A stretch of DNA of 64,000 bases from Candidatus Zhuqueibacterota bacterium (GTDB taxonomy: Bacteria; Zhuqueibacterota; QNDG01; JABMRT01). The notes beneath the pieces were generated by a model, which was not told the origin of the DNA, did no database searches, and worked only from the letters and a program-made list of their open reading frames with translations. Shown here piece by piece: positions 10,304 through 20,618 of the stretch; the first letter of the stretch is position 1; each line of letters opens with the position of its first letter. Where the stretch lies: positions 3,362 through 67,361 of the forward strand of contig JABMRT010000064.1 of assembly GCA_013202295.1 (NCBI GenBank), written 5' to 3'. Both the position numbers and the translations under genes were made by a program.

Positions 10304-11965
10304 TTAGTTAATGGTGACTGTAAATGAAACAGAAACCGGTGTGGAGGTCGTTACAGTACCCAGATTAAAAGTGGCTGTGCCTGCAACACAGGACGCCTCA
10401 TCCGCATCTGCAAGATCGGTTTTACCCGCTGCACCGATTTTGAGACTGCCGGCTTTGTACGATGTATTCCCAGGAATGGGATCAGTGATCACCACAGTAC
10501 CTGCATCAGCAGAGCCGCTGTTGGTTACAGTCACCGTGTAGACCAGGTCGGTTCCAGGAGGCTGATCACCAGCCGGAAGGACTGATTTCACTAGGGCAAG
10601 GAAGGGTGCCTCCACATCCGTAGTCAAGGCCTCATCATCACTCGTTGTGCCGTTATCCGAAGTAAATGTGACTGTGGTGACGTCTTGCGTACCATCAGCC
10701 GTGCCACCGGGAATAGTTGCGATGGCGATAATCTGGACATTTTCACCTGAAAGAATATCGTCAGTATCCACTGTGCCATCCGCATCAGTATCTGCAAGCA
10801 CGCTGTCGTCGCTTTCGTCATCATTTTTCTGAGTGTCAAGATAAAACACCCAGGTCCAACCCTCACCCACATCTTTTGACCAGTTGTAATTGTCTGTACC
10901 ATTTCCAGTGTTTGTAACTACAAGGAGGTATTTTACGGTAGAGCCGGAGTCACCCACTTTATCAGGATCGACGCTGGTTACGGTCACGTCATAGGTGCGG
11001 GTGACATCGACGTCTTCACTCAGATCAACCTGAGTATAGGCTGTGCCCGCGCTGTTCTTGTAATTGATTTCAGCTGCATCTGAGATGGTACCCGTCGCAT
11101 CGTTATTCACAGTCACCTGAAATGTGATGATCACATTGCCACTTGCTGCCACTGTGCCCACATTGATTGTACCTGTGCCACTACTCCAGATGCCGTCACC
11201 CGGATTCACTGCGGCACCGGCACCACTGCCATCAGCATCGTATGTTGTAGTACCTGCATTGTATGTGGTATTTGCCGGGATATGAAGTGTCGCCACTGTG
11301 GTTAATGCGGATTCATTACCATCATTGTCAAAATCCACTGTATAGGTGATGGTTTCACCCGGGTTGTAAGTGGGCTGATCTGCAACGAGTGAACCGGTGA
11401 TTGTAGCCAGGGTTGCGGTTGTCACTACCACATCAGAGGTACTGACAGCACCAACATATTGTGATGTGGCTGTTATCTCGGATGTGGTCTGATCGTTTTG
11501 GCTGGCACTGACGTTGGTCACTCTTAGGAGTACATTCATAGCCTCATCCGCGTCAAGTTCGTAGGTGCCGGAAATGAGCAAATCAGTACCGTCATCATAG
11601 ACTCCCACAGTGCCCAAATCCTGATACAGAACGACTGTAAATTTAGTGTCATCTGTATTGGTCATGGCGATCGCGAAATCGTCTGTGAAGTTACCGGTAT
11701 TGGTGACCACATGCGAGTAAACCACGGAACTTTCGTTGGCTACAAACTGATCTGCAGGTAAAGTAATGGTCACTCCCGGGTCTTCTTTCACTCGGGTTTG
11801 AATGATGTTTGAAGACACGCCTGGCATCGGATTGCCGCCACCATCATTATATGTACCAGTGGCCTGGTTGGAAATCATTGTGCCGGCCGGCGTACCCGCT
11901 GCAAAAGACTGTGCCGCAAATCCGAGGATAAGCAGCACTGCGAGCAGTAAAGATGTACGTTTCAT
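10304..11965 (-). CDS. DUF11 (conserved repeat domain) surface protein, 554 aa (start reassigned to internal ATG with AAGGAGA RBS)
   Basis: The ORF-track start lies upstream in an A-rich leader. MKRTSLLLAVLLILGFAAQSFA signal peptide begins at RC of 11963-11965, 6 nt after AAGGAGA. Ends ...VSFTVTIN. Confidence 0.7.
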   Translation of the reverse strand: MKRTSLLLAVLLILGFAAQSFAAGTPAGTMISNQATGTYNDGGGNPMPGVSSNIIQTRVKEDPGVTITLPADQFVANESSVVYSHVVTNTGNFTDDFAIAMTNTDDTKFTVVLYQDLGTVGVYDDGTDLLISGTYELDADEAMNVLLRVTNVSASQNDQTTSEITATSQYVGAVSTSDVVVTTATLATITGSLVADQPTYNPGETITYTVDFDNDGNESALTTVATLHIPANTTYNAGTTTYDADGSGAGAAVNPGDGIWSSGTGTINVGTVAASGNVIITFQVTVNNDATGTISDAAEINYKNSAGTAYTQVDLSEDVDVTRTYDVTVTSVDPDKVGDSGSTVKYLLVVTNTGNGTDNYNWSKDVGEGWTWVFYLDTQKNDDESDDSVLADTDADGTVDTDDILSGENVQIIAIATIPGGTADGTQDVTTVTFTSDNGTTSDDEALTTDVEAPFLALVKSVLPAGDQPPGTDLVYTVTVTNSGSADAGTVVITDPIPGNTSYKAGSLKIGAAGKTDLADADEASCVAGTATFNLGTVTTSTPVSVSFTVTIN

Positions 11966-12162
11966 TTTGATTCTCCTTTGATCAATATTATTTGTTCTGT
12001 TATTTTGTTTTCTTCCTGTTTCTGATAAAACTTGATGAGCCATTGTTTTTTTTAGGGTGGATCGTGGCCCGGCGATCCGCGAGTTGTTACCTTTCGGGAT
12101 ACCATAAGCATCCTCCTTTCTTTTCTTTATATATATATTGCCTGTATTATTCATTTTTTGCT

Positions 12163-12633
12163 TTACTCAACTACAACTTTGAATGAGAGAGTTTTTTGAC
12201 TGTCAGCAGGAATGGATTCCCGTATCATCCATTTGATATGTGTGATTTCACCAGGTCGGGTGTCGCGAGCGTTTTGATCTCCGGATGCGGGCAGCCTGAC
12301 GGGCCATTCTGAATAGCGTATTCCCTGATTTACAGAGAAGAGGATCCTGCAATTCTCACCTGCGGCTGATTCTGCGATGTACTGCACGCCTTGCGGGATG
12401 GGATCCACAATTTCCGGATCGGTCATTACGCCATCGCCTGTGTTTTTGGCGAGGATGACGTACTCGATTGTGTCGGATGGGGCGTAAACCACATCCGCAC
12501 CGCTTGTTTCTTCAGCGGTCATGTTCACTTTGCGATCCTGGATTTCGATTTCCAGTTTTGGCTGGCCTTGCGCATACAGACTTGCTGAAATGAGCAGCAG
12601 TCCAATGATCCAGATGTTCCTAAGGCTTTTCAT
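12163..12633 (-). CDS. Small secreted single-DUF11-domain protein
   Basis: Signal peptide MKSLRNIWIIGLLLISASLYAQGQ, followed by DTIEYVILAKNTGDGVMTDPEIVDPIPQGVQYI. Lies 14 nt downstream of the giant gene. Confidence 0.6.
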   Translation of the reverse strand: MKSLRNIWIIGLLLISASLYAQGQPKLEIEIQDRKVNMTAEETSGADVVYAPSDTIEYVILAKNTGDGVMTDPEIVDPIPQGVQYIAESAAGENCRILFSVNQGIRYSEWPVRLPASGDQNARDTRPGEITHIKWMIRESIPADSQKTLSFKVVVE

Positions 12634-12647
12634 GGTATTCTCCTTGA

Positions 12648-15600
12648 TTAGTTGATCGTCACTTCAAATGAAATTGAGCCGCTGCCACCCGGAGCGAGTA
12701 ACGCTCCACGCTGGAACTGAAGGTGGGTGACTGGAGCCGTTTGAGAGGCGTTGTAACTGCCTCCGCCATCATGGCTGAATAAAATGGTCGTGCCACTGCC
12801 TGTGGCCGAATTTTCGACATATGTTGTGTTCGGTGGAACTTGATCTAAAATGATAATTGTGGTCGCGTCCGCGTCCCCTGCGTTGGAATAATCCACAGTG
12901 TAGGTGAGCGTGTCGCCGGGTGCCGCGTTGGCCTTGTCCACGCCCTTCACGAGTACGAGAAGCGGCGCGGGATCAGGATCACCTGTGCCCTGAATTGCGA
13001 AGGTATAGGGATTTTCATCCGTATCGTCATTTGCGATGGAAATGGTTGCACTGCGTACACCGGTCGCGCTTGGATCAAAAGTGATTTGGAATGTGGTGCT
13101 GTCTCCGTATTCGATCATGTTCGATGGAGTAATGGTCACGCTAAAGTCGGCTGCATGTGTGCCGCCAATGGTTACATAGGGCGAAGCGTCCGTCAGATTC
13201 AATGTATCGCTGCCGATGCTGTGGATTTTGAATATCCTCGTGATCGCTGGGCCTGAAAGTTCTGTGTTCCCAAAGTCAGTGAAATCCGATGCATCGGGTG
13301 TGACATCTCCACTTGTGATGGAAATCTTGTTGCCCTGAACATCCATTTCTGGAACAGCTGTACCTGTGCCCTGAATTGCGAAGGTGTAGGGATTCTCATC
13401 CGAGTCATCATTGGAAATCGAGATGGTAGCCTGCCGCAATCCCTCAAGGGTTGGATTGAAAGTGACCTCAAACGTGACAGATCCGCCGCCCGAACTTACT
13501 GTGCTGGATGCAGGCTGCTGGCTGACAAGGTAATCACCTGCATTGGCTCCGCCGATTTCGATGATGGGTATGCCAGTCAGATTGAGATCATCGCTGCCTG
13601 TATTATAGATAGTAAACGTATGAACCGCTGTTCCGGTTAAAATGTCCTGACTGCCAAATTCTGTGTCGTCACTGACGCCGGGTGTGGCATCGCCATCCAC
13701 AATCGAATTACCCAGTCCCTGAACATCCATCTCAGCAGCTGCGGTACCCGTGCCCTGAATCGAGAAGTTGTATGGATTTTCATCCAGATCTGTATTGGCA
13801 ATAGAGATTGCCGCAGAGCGCAATCCGGTAGCAGATGGATCAAATGTAACCTGAAATGTAACGGTTCCACCACCGGAAGTTACTGTTGAAGAAGCAGGCT
13901 GTACATTCACAGTAAAATCACCGGCGTGCGCGCCGCTAATTTGGACGATGGGATTATCGGTCAGATCGAGATCTGAACCACCCGTGTTCTCTATAGTATA
14001 GGTGCGAATAACCGAACCGATGGCCAAATCCGTATTTCCAAAATCAGAGTGATCCAAAACATCTGGTGTGTTATCGCCATCCGCAATAGAAACACTGTTG
14101 CCCTGAACATCCATTTCGGGAGCGAGTCCGGTTCCCTGAATGTCAAAGTTGTAGGGATTTTCATCCGGATCGTTGTTGATAATGCTAATCGATGCCTGTC
14201 GTGTCCCGCCCGCACTCGGATCAAAGGTGACCTGGAATGTCGTACTCGAAGCCGGTGTCACTGTACCGGCAGGCTGTACATTCACGGTAAAGTCACTTGC
14301 ATGTGTTCCTGAGATTGCTACAGTTGGAGTTCCATTTAAGGTCAGATTGGCTGCACCTATATTAAATATAGTAAAGGTGTGCACCACGGTTCCTGATGAG
14401 ACGAGTATACTTCCAAAATCAGTGTCATCCGTAACATCGGGTGTAACATCGCCATCTGTAATGGAATTGCCCAGGCCCTGAACATCCATTTCAGGTGAGG
14501 TAAGCTGATACATACCCGCATCCACAGAGGGATTAAAGTTGTTGAGCGTCAGGGTGTAATAGTTGGTATAGATCTGTCCGTTGTTGACATCGCTGTCCAG
14601 AGCATCATTGCCACCCAGATTTGCCGGGCTGAATACATATCCGCCCGGCAGATTGGTAAATTCTGCTCTGTAATTTCCGGGTGGTGTCACTCCTGCGAAG
14701 AAGTAAACACCGTAAGCATCTGTGGTTGTGGTTTGGACAATAGTGCCATTGGCCTGAGAACGGAGATTGACTGTAACACCCGGTACACCGGTTTCACCTG
14801 TATCCTGAATGCCGTCCTGATTTGTGTCATCCCATACATAATCACCGATACCGGTTGTTATTACGCCGGCATCCCAGGAGTCTTCGATTACTCCCACACT
14901 TATGGTGATGTTTGCTGTTCGTCCCATGGCCGCATTGGCATCACTGTCAATTGCATCATTGCCGCCTACATCTTGTGTTGTAAATGCGAATCCAGCAGGC
15001 AGATTGCTGAATATGAGATAGTATTCTGATGGCGAAAGATTCTGAAATTTATAGGAGCCATCCGCAGCCGTTGTGGTTGAATTAAGAAAAGTGTCATCAC
15101 TTTCATAAATCGAGACAGTGACACCAGACAGCCCCAATTCACCTGCGTCTTGAAGACCATTGTTGTTATAATCGATCCAGACAAAATCACTGATCGTACC
15201 TGAATTGGGCATAGGCGCTGCGGCAAGTGGACAGGAGGCGCCATCGTTCACACTTAAATTGCCTGTACCTGTACCGATGTAAACACTTGCACCTGTAGTG
15301 CGATTGACCTTGTAAAGCCGTCCGCTCAGATTGTTGCCGACATATACATACCCATCATTGGCTGTCCAGGTTGCGCCCCAGGAACCGTTATTGAGTGCAG
15401 CATCGTAATCGTCGGCCAATTTGCCGGTTACGGCCCGTGTTCCGGCATTGCCGGTAGTCGGATCGAACCAATGCAGGTCCTTGTTGCTTACACCGTAGAA
15501 GATCCCATCGGCGGCCATATATGCGATATCTAAGGCGGCATAAGCAGTTCCAGAAATCGGCATGGCCGCAGACATCACATCTGTACTGATATCGTAAACA

Positions 15601-18600
15601 GCGTATTGCGTACCGGGACCACTAACGAAATACAGGTTCCCCGAAAGGTCACAGTCGCCTTTCCATGAGGCGATAGGTGAGGTCGCGGAAAGAACGACAA
15701 CTGTTCCGGTCGCGTCAATACGAACGACATGATCTCCAACGATTCCTGCGTCACGTTCCTGTCCATAGAGCAATCCGTCTTCAATGTTATAGCCGACTGC
15801 GTTCAGCCGATATCCGGCTGAGTTAATGATCGTATAGGTATAAGGATTGGTGCTGGCATCGAGATAGGTGATCTTGCCGTCTGTATCCATGATGTGGAAG
15901 AAATTAGGTACACAGGCGAGGGGAGCGCCGGGTCCGATGCCATTGCCCATGATTGCGAATGAGTAGGGGCTTTCATCAGAGTCGTCGCTTGTAATTGAAA
16001 GGGATGCGGTGCGCAATCCAATCATCGAAGGATCGAATGTGATTTCAAAGGTCACTCTGCTGCTGGATGCAATCGGAGAACTCGGCTGTATTGCTACAGA
16101 GAAGTCTGCCGCATCTGCGCCAAGAATCGAAACAAAAGGTGATCCAGTCAATGTGAGACTGGAACTGCCAAGGTTTTCAATGGTGTAAGTGACAGTAACG
16201 GTCGTACTATTTACATCGACGTCGCCGAAATAGGTGCTGTCTGTTGGGCTCGGTGTGTTGTCACCGTTCGCAATGCTGAGGCTGTTGCCCTGCACATCGA
16301 TTTCAGGGGCCATGGTGCCGGTACCCTGAATGTCGAAGTTATAGGGATTCTCATCTCCGTCATCGTTGTCAATACTGATCGAAGCAGACCTGAGACCCGT
16401 TGCAGAGGGATCAAATTCCACGGTAAATTCAACGGAACTTCCGGGAGAGAGGGGGGAGCTGGGCTGTAATGTGACGGTAAAGTCCGCTGCATGCGTGCCG
16501 GATATAACCACTTTCGGTGATCCGGTCAGGTTGAGATCGCCGGTGCCGTTGTTCTCAATCCAGAAGCTCTGGCTGGCTGTGCTGCCACCGATATCCACAC
16601 TGCCGAAATCCGTTCCATCCGCAGCGGCAGGTGTGTTGTCCCCATCCACGATTTCGATGGTGTTGCCTGTGACTGCCATTTCACCCAATCCAGAACCTGT
16701 ACCCTGAATATCAAAGTTGTACGGATCTTCATCTGAATCGGTGTTTGCGATGCTTATGGTTGCGGTTCTGAGACCGGAATCAGATGGATCGAATTTTACT
16801 ATAAATGTCGTACTGCCTCCACCTGAGGCAACCGGACTGGTTGGTTGTGCAGTCACAGTGAAGTCCGCTGCATGCGCACCACTGATTACTACTGCCGGGA
16901 CATCCGAAAGTGTCAGGCTTGCAGAGCCGTTGTTGATTATGGTGAATGTGTGTGAATCTGAACCTGATGCGACTGTGATGCCACCAAAATCTGTATCATC
17001 CGAAACATCGGGGGTGGCGTCCCCATCCACAATCGAACTGCCATTGCCCTGCACATCCATTTCAGCGGCAGCAGTTCCGGTTCCCTGAATGCTGAAGTTG
17101 TATGGATTTTCATCCGAATCATCATTTGCTATGCTGATGGTCGCTGACCGAAGCCCCGCCACGGTGGGGTTGAATTCCAAAGTAAACGTGGTAGTGCCGC
17201 CGCCCATGGCAATGGGTGTGGACGGATTGGCTGTTAATGAGAAGTCTGCGGCATGGGTGCCACCAATGATCACATAAGGTGATGCATCGGTTAGATTCAG
17301 ATTGAGTGAGCCCGAATTTTCGATGGTGAATGTATGTGAGACAGTTCCAGTCGTGATATCTGCATTGCCGAATTCTGTGTCATCAGAAGCATCCGGAGTT
17401 GCATCTCCATCCGAGATCGAACTGCCATTGCCCTGTACGTCCATTTCGGCGATTGCAGTTCCGGTTCCCTGAATGCTGAAGTTGTATGGATTTTCATCCG
17501 AATCATCATTTGCGATACTTATGGTTGCTGATCGAAGTCCCACAGCCGAGGGATTGAATTCCAGGTTAAATGTAGTAGTGCCGCCACCCGAAGCGACTGG
17601 CGTCGAAGGATTGGCTGTGAGTGTAAAGTCCGCCGCATGGGTTCCGCCGATGGTCACATAGGGAGATGCATCCGTTAGATTCAGATCGGCATTCCCGGTA
17701 TTTTGAATTGTGAAGGTATGTGAAACAGTTCCAGTCGTGATGTCCACATTGCCATATTCTGTGTCATCAGAATCATCCGGAGTTGCATCTCCATCCGTGA
17801 TCGAACTGCCATTGCCTTGTATATCCATTTCTGGAAATGCTGTGCCTGTGCCTTGAATGCTGAAGTTATAAGGATCTTCATCCGAGTCATCATTGGCGAT
17901 ACTGATTGTGGCTGTGCGCAGCCCTGCTACAGAAGGATCGAATTCCACAGTAAATGTGGTTGTGCCGCCACCCAAAGCAATGGGTGTGGATGGATTGGCT
18001 GTTAATGAAAAGTCTGCGGCATGGGCTCCGCCGATGGTCACATAGGGAGATGCATCCGTCAAGTTTAGATCAGCATTTCCGGTATTCTGAATTGTGAATG
18101 TGTGTGAAACGGTTTCAGTGGTAATATCTGCATTTCCAAATTCCGTATCATCTGCTGCATCGGGTGTGGCGTCTCCATCTGCGATGGAAGCACCATTGCC
18201 CTGCACGTTCATCTCAGGTGCGGTAATACCCGTACCCTGAATGCTGAAATTGTAGGGATTTTCATCCAAATCATTGTTGGCGATGCTGATTGTCGCGGTT
18301 CGCAAACCCGTAGCAGAGGGATCGAATTCCACCGTTAATGTGGTCGTGCCGCCACCTGAGGTGATGGGTGTGGATGGATTGGCTGTCAAAGAAAAGTCAG
18401 CAGCATGTGTACCGCCGATGGTCACATAGGGAGATGGATCGGTTAACGATAGGTCTAGTGAACCAGTATTTTCGATGGTGAATGTATGAGAGACGGTTTC
18501 GGTCGTAATGTCCGCGCTGCCAAATTCAGTATCATCCGCGACATCGGGGGTTGCATCGCCATCCGCGATAGATGCTCCGTTGCCCTGTACATCAATTTCA

Positions 18601-19670
18601 GGCTCAAGTACTTGATTGAGTGTGAAGGTATCGTAATCATACCAGGTTCCGGCGCTTCGCGGATCTTCAACGACGATGGTGTAGGTCCCGGAAACTGCAG
18701 AGGCATCAATTGTCCATGTGCTTGCTGATGAGAGATTACCACTTGCGTCAGTTGTGACTGTACCGGTCCACATGACTGTACTGGAAGCATTCTCGACACG
18801 GATATTCCGTACACCGCTGGCGTAATAGCTTGAACTTGAAGGCGGCCATCCTTCGCCGCTTACAGTTAAGGTTTCACCAGTGTTCCAGGTGCCACTTGTT
18901 GAGTAGGGCGCACTGTCGCGTGTGTCATATACAAAACCGCGACCGCCGCTTGTGCCCGGTGTGGTCGTACCTGATAAACTGAATGCAGTCGCCATAGAGG
19001 TTGTAGCTACAGAGGCATCGTATATCGTGAGGTTGTCACCGGTTGAGGTGAAGGCAAACATGCGCAGTGGCGTGTCTGCAGAAATGTCATTGGCAATACC
19101 TGCCTGAAGTGCGGTGAATGGAACCTGCACCTCAAGATCATTGCCATTCTCACGGACATATCCTACACCTTCCGGATCAGTTATGCTGAAATCCTGAGTT
19201 TCGCCGGGATTGTAGTAGTAGGTGCGAAGTGTTTCAGTACCTACGCCATCTACCCGAATATCCCAGTCAATGCTGCCGTCTCCATCCACATCAAAAGCGA
19301 TGTGCCAGTAACCGTCTCTGAGTTGGCCCCCACCCACTGGGCCACGGTCCAATTCAATCCTGAAAAAAAGACTTGTACTGGTTGAATTGAAAAAGGCGTT
19401 GCCATCTACATCGAGTTCTCTTGTGAGGCCGTCATCGGCATCCCATTGATCATCCCAGTTATTTGTGTACATTGTGTACCAGCTGCCGGGCCATGCTTCC
19501 TGTGCTTGAAGCGTGACTACTGAGGCTAAAAAGAAGAATAGTATAAATAAAATTCTCAGGAGAGAAAGTGCAGAATTAGATAGAAGCTTTGTTGCTGGGG
19601 AGATGAGACCGGCTAAAGTCTGTTTTTGATTTGTTGCTTGCAGTGTAAGGATCCTTTTGTTTTTAAACAT
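12648..19670 (-). CDS. Giant (2340 aa) repeat adhesin: 11 ~115-aa Ig-like repeats (E(M/I)DVQGNGxSIxDGDATPD...NPYNFxIQGTG, choice-of-anchor-D-like by recollection), central beta-propeller-like and Cna-B/SdrD-B-like segments, C-terminal DUF11 domain
   Basis: Single ORF running 19670->12648 with ATG at RC 19668-19670. Repeated motifs are visible in the translation, with an AT-rich promoter region upstream (19671-20060). Ends ...[12 protein letters not shown]. Confidence 0.75.
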   Translation of the reverse strand: MFKNKRILTLQATNQKQTLAGLISPATKLLSNSALSLLRILFILFFFLASVVTLQAQEAWPGSWYTMYTNNWDDQWDADDGLTRELDVDGNAFFNSTSTSLFFRIELDRGPVGGGQLRDGYWHIAFDVDGDGSIDWDIRVDGVGTETLRTYYYNPGETQDFSITDPEGVGYVRENGNDLEVQVPFTALQAGIANDISADTPLRMFAFTSTGDNLTIYDASVATTSMATAFSLSGTTTPGTSGGRGFVYDTRDSAPYSTSGTWNTGETLTVSGEGWPPSSSSYYASGVRNIRVENASSTVMWTGTVTTDASGNLSSASTWTIDASAVSGTYTIVVEDPRSAGTWYDYDTFTLNQVLEPEIDVQGNGASIADGDATPDVADDTEFGSADITTETVSHTFTIENTGSLDLSLTDPSPYVTIGGTHAADFSLTANPSTPITSGGGTTTLTVEFDPSATGLRTATISIANNDLDENPYNFSIQGTGITAPEMNVQGNGASIADGDATPDAADDTEFGNADITTETVSHTFTIQNTGNADLNLTDASPYVTIGGAHAADFSLTANPSTPIALGGGTTTFTVEFDPSVAGLRTATISIANDDSDEDPYNFSIQGTGTAFPEMDIQGNGSSITDGDATPDDSDDTEYGNVDITTGTVSHTFTIQNTGNADLNLTDASPYVTIGGTHAADFTLTANPSTPVASGGGTTTFNLEFNPSAVGLRSATISIANDDSDENPYNFSIQGTGTAIAEMDVQGNGSSISDGDATPDASDDTEFGNADITTGTVSHTFTIENSGSLNLNLTDASPYVIIGGTHAADFSLTANPSTPIAMGGGTTTFTLEFNPTVAGLRSATISIANDDSDENPYNFSIQGTGTAAAEMDVQGNGSSIVDGDATPDVSDDTDFGGITVASGSDSHTFTIINNGSASLTLSDVPAVVISGAHAADFTVTAQPTSPVASGGGSTTFIVKFDPSDSGLRTATISIANTDSDEDPYNFDIQGTGSGLGEMAVTGNTIEIVDGDNTPAAADGTDFGSVDIGGSTASQSFWIENNGTGDLNLTGSPKVVISGTHAADFTVTLQPSSPLSPGSSVEFTVEFDPSATGLRSASISIDNDDGDENPYNFDIQGTGTMAPEIDVQGNSLSIANGDNTPSPTDSTYFGDVDVNSTTVTVTYTIENLGSSSLTLTGSPFVSILGADAADFSVAIQPSSPIASSSRVTFEITFDPSMIGLRTASLSITSDDSDESPYSFAIMGNGIGPGAPLACVPNFFHIMDTDGKITYLDASTNPYTYTIINSAGYRLNAVGYNIEDGLLYGQERDAGIVGDHVVRIDATGTVVVLSATSPIASWKGDCDLSGNLYFVSGPGTQYAVYDISTDVMSAAMPISGTAYAALDIAYMAADGIFYGVSNKDLHWFDPTTGNAGTRAVTGKLADDYDAALNNGSWGATWTANDGYVYVGNNLSGRLYKVNRTTGASVYIGTGTGNLSVNDGASCPLAAAPMPNSGTISDFVWIDYNNNGLQDAGELGLSGVTVSIYESDDTFLNSTTTAADGSYKFQNLSPSEYYLIFSNLPAGFAFTTQDVGGNDAIDSDANAAMGRTANITISVGVIEDSWDAGVITTGIGDYVWDDTNQDGIQDTGETGVPGVTVNLRSQANGTIVQTTTTDAYGVYFFAGVTPPGNYRAEFTNLPGGYVFSPANLGGNDALDSDVNNGQIYTNYYTLTLNNFNPSVDAGMYQLTSPEMDVQGLGNSITDGDVTPDVTDDTDFGSILVSSGTVVHTFTIFNIGAANLTLNGTPTVAISGTHASDFTVNVQPAGTVTPASSTTFQVTFDPSAGGTRQASISIINNDPDENPYNFDIQGTGLAPEMDVQGNSVSIADGDNTPDVLDHSDFGNTDLAIGSVIRTYTIENTGGSDLDLTDNPIVQISGAHAGDFTVNVQPASSTVTSGGGTVTFQVTFDPSATGLRSAAISIANTDLDENPYNFSIQGTGTAAAEMDVQGLGNSIVDGDATPGVSDDTEFGSQDILTGTAVHTFTIYNTGSDDLNLTGIPIIEIGGANAGDYLVSQQPASSTVSSGGGSVTFEVTFNPTLEGLRQATISISNDDSDENPYTFAIQGTGTAVPEMDVQGNKISITSGDVTPDASDFTDFGNTELSGPAITRIFKIHSIGSDTLNLTDASPYVTIGGTHAADFSVTITPSNMIEYGDSTTFQITFDPSATGVRSATISIANDDTDENPYTFAIQGTGDPDPAPLLVLVKGVDKANAAPGDTLTYTVDYSNAGDADATTIIILDQVPPNTTYVENSATGSGTTILFSHDGGGSYNASQTAPVTHLQFQRGALLAPGGSGSISFEVTIN
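13010..14395 (-). repeat. Second block of 4 tandem Ig-like coding repeats in the giant adhesin gene
   Basis: [19 protein letters not shown]..., [19 protein letters not shown]..., [19 protein letters not shown]..., [19 protein letters not shown]... units precede the C-terminal DUF11 domain. Confidence 0.65.
16190..18610 (-). repeat. Block of 7 tandem ~340-385-bp coding repeats (first Ig-like repeat array) in the giant adhesin gene
   Basis: Seven consecutive E(M/I)(D/N/A)VQGN...[13 protein letters not shown] units. The DNA-level similarity is high enough that spurious opposite-strand ORFs recur with near-identical sequences at 16937, 17297 and 17681 ([18 protein letters not shown]...). Confidence 0.7.
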
Positions 19671-20061
19671 GTTTACTGCTGTTACTGAGCTCGAGCATTA
19701 CTCAGGCAAAGGGTGTGCCATATTTCTGACTATAAAATGAATAAAGAATACATTGCTGATGTGATTTATTCGTGCAATAAAAACAAAAGGTTATGTATGG
19801 CTGCTATTTTAAAGTATATTATTAATTATAGAAGGATTTCAATGTGAAATTTCAAGGTGTGGCAAAGTGTGAATAATGAAATGATAAAGCCAGTTTTATA
19901 TTACAGTTGTGTCACAAATATGTTAAAAAATTCATTGAACCATCCGAATTTTCACATTTTGTATAAAAAATATTTTGAGATTTATGAAAAAAATTGTGAT
20001 GAATTATGGCATGATGCATCGAGGTACATATCATACTATAGGAAAGCTGAAATTCAGTTGC

Positions 20062-20099
20062 TAAAAAATAATAAAGTGCCGGGATAATTTCCGGCACTT
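20062..20099 (-). terminator. Rho-independent terminator ending the minus-strand ABC-permease operon
   Basis: Stem AAGTGCCGG (20074-20082) pairs with CCGGCACTT (20091-20099). On the minus strand the hairpin is followed by TTATTATTTTTT. Confidence 0.55.
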
Positions 20100-20201
20100 T
20101 GTTCCCAATGCAGGTGAGGGAGGGAGAGGAAGTTTTATTGTTTAGTTAAACATGGTGCATTGAATATTTAAACATTGAACATCCAATATGGATGTTAGAA
20201 T

Positions 20202-20561
20202 TTATTCGAATATCTCATCTGATTCATCTTGCAACAGCACCCAGAATGTATATATCCCAACAGCCGTTCCAAGGGGCATATTCGGCAGATTGATAAAACC
20301 CATGATCACGGCCATGAGACGGGCCCAGTTTTTTCGGGCAAGCAGACCGAATCCAACGATTAATCCCGGCACCGAGATAATCACAAGGAAGTAAGAGATC
20401 ATACTGCCAACTGTATTTAAAATTGCCATCGCTTCAGGATCACCACTAAGTATGCCACTTCCAACAAAAACGGTGGATACGATTAAAGCAGCAAAGATAT
20501 TAGGAACGCTGAGTGCGATGTAAAGCGCACCAAGTATTTTAACATGTTTTTCCATGTTCAT
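20202..20561 (-). CDS. Small integral membrane protein (3-4 TM), last gene of the permease operon
   Basis: 119-aa hydrophobic ORF lying 58 nt downstream of the second FtsX-like permease gene. Confidence 0.5.
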   Translation of the reverse strand: MNMEKHVKILGALYIALSVPNIFAALIVSTVFVGSGILSGDPEAMAILNTVGSMISYFLVIISVPGLIVGFGLLARKNWARLMAVIMGFINLPNMPLGTAVGIYTFWVLLQDESDEIFE

Positions 20562-20618
20562 TCAGCTCTCCTTCGTTCTTGTTTCCATCCTTCGATTTCG
20601 CTCAGGATGGAGTGCATA

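Noticed and set aside
10304-12154. ORF-track start of the 616-aa version of the DUF11 gene
   Set aside because: The extra 62 N-terminal residues are Lys/Asn-rich and translated from an A-rich leader. The internal ATG at 11965 has a strong AAGGAGA RBS and begins a canonical signal peptide.
16937-17893. Recurrent small ORFs ([18 protein letters not shown]..., [14 protein letters not shown]...) on both strands inside the giant gene
   Set aside because: They are artefacts of the tandem DNA repeats. They have no RBS and lie entirely within or antisense to the 2340-aa ORF.
13000-18620. Regularly spaced near-identical repeats that could be mistaken for a CRISPR array
   Set aside because: The repeats are ~340-385 bp and lie in frame within one long ORF (Ig-like protein repeats). 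There are no short direct repeats with unique spacers and no cas genes.
19857-20097. Small ORFs in the AT-rich region upstream of the giant adhesin gene
   Set aside because: They are low-complexity, Lys/Asn-rich, without RBS, and overlap the promoter region and the terminator hairpin of the neighbouring operon.
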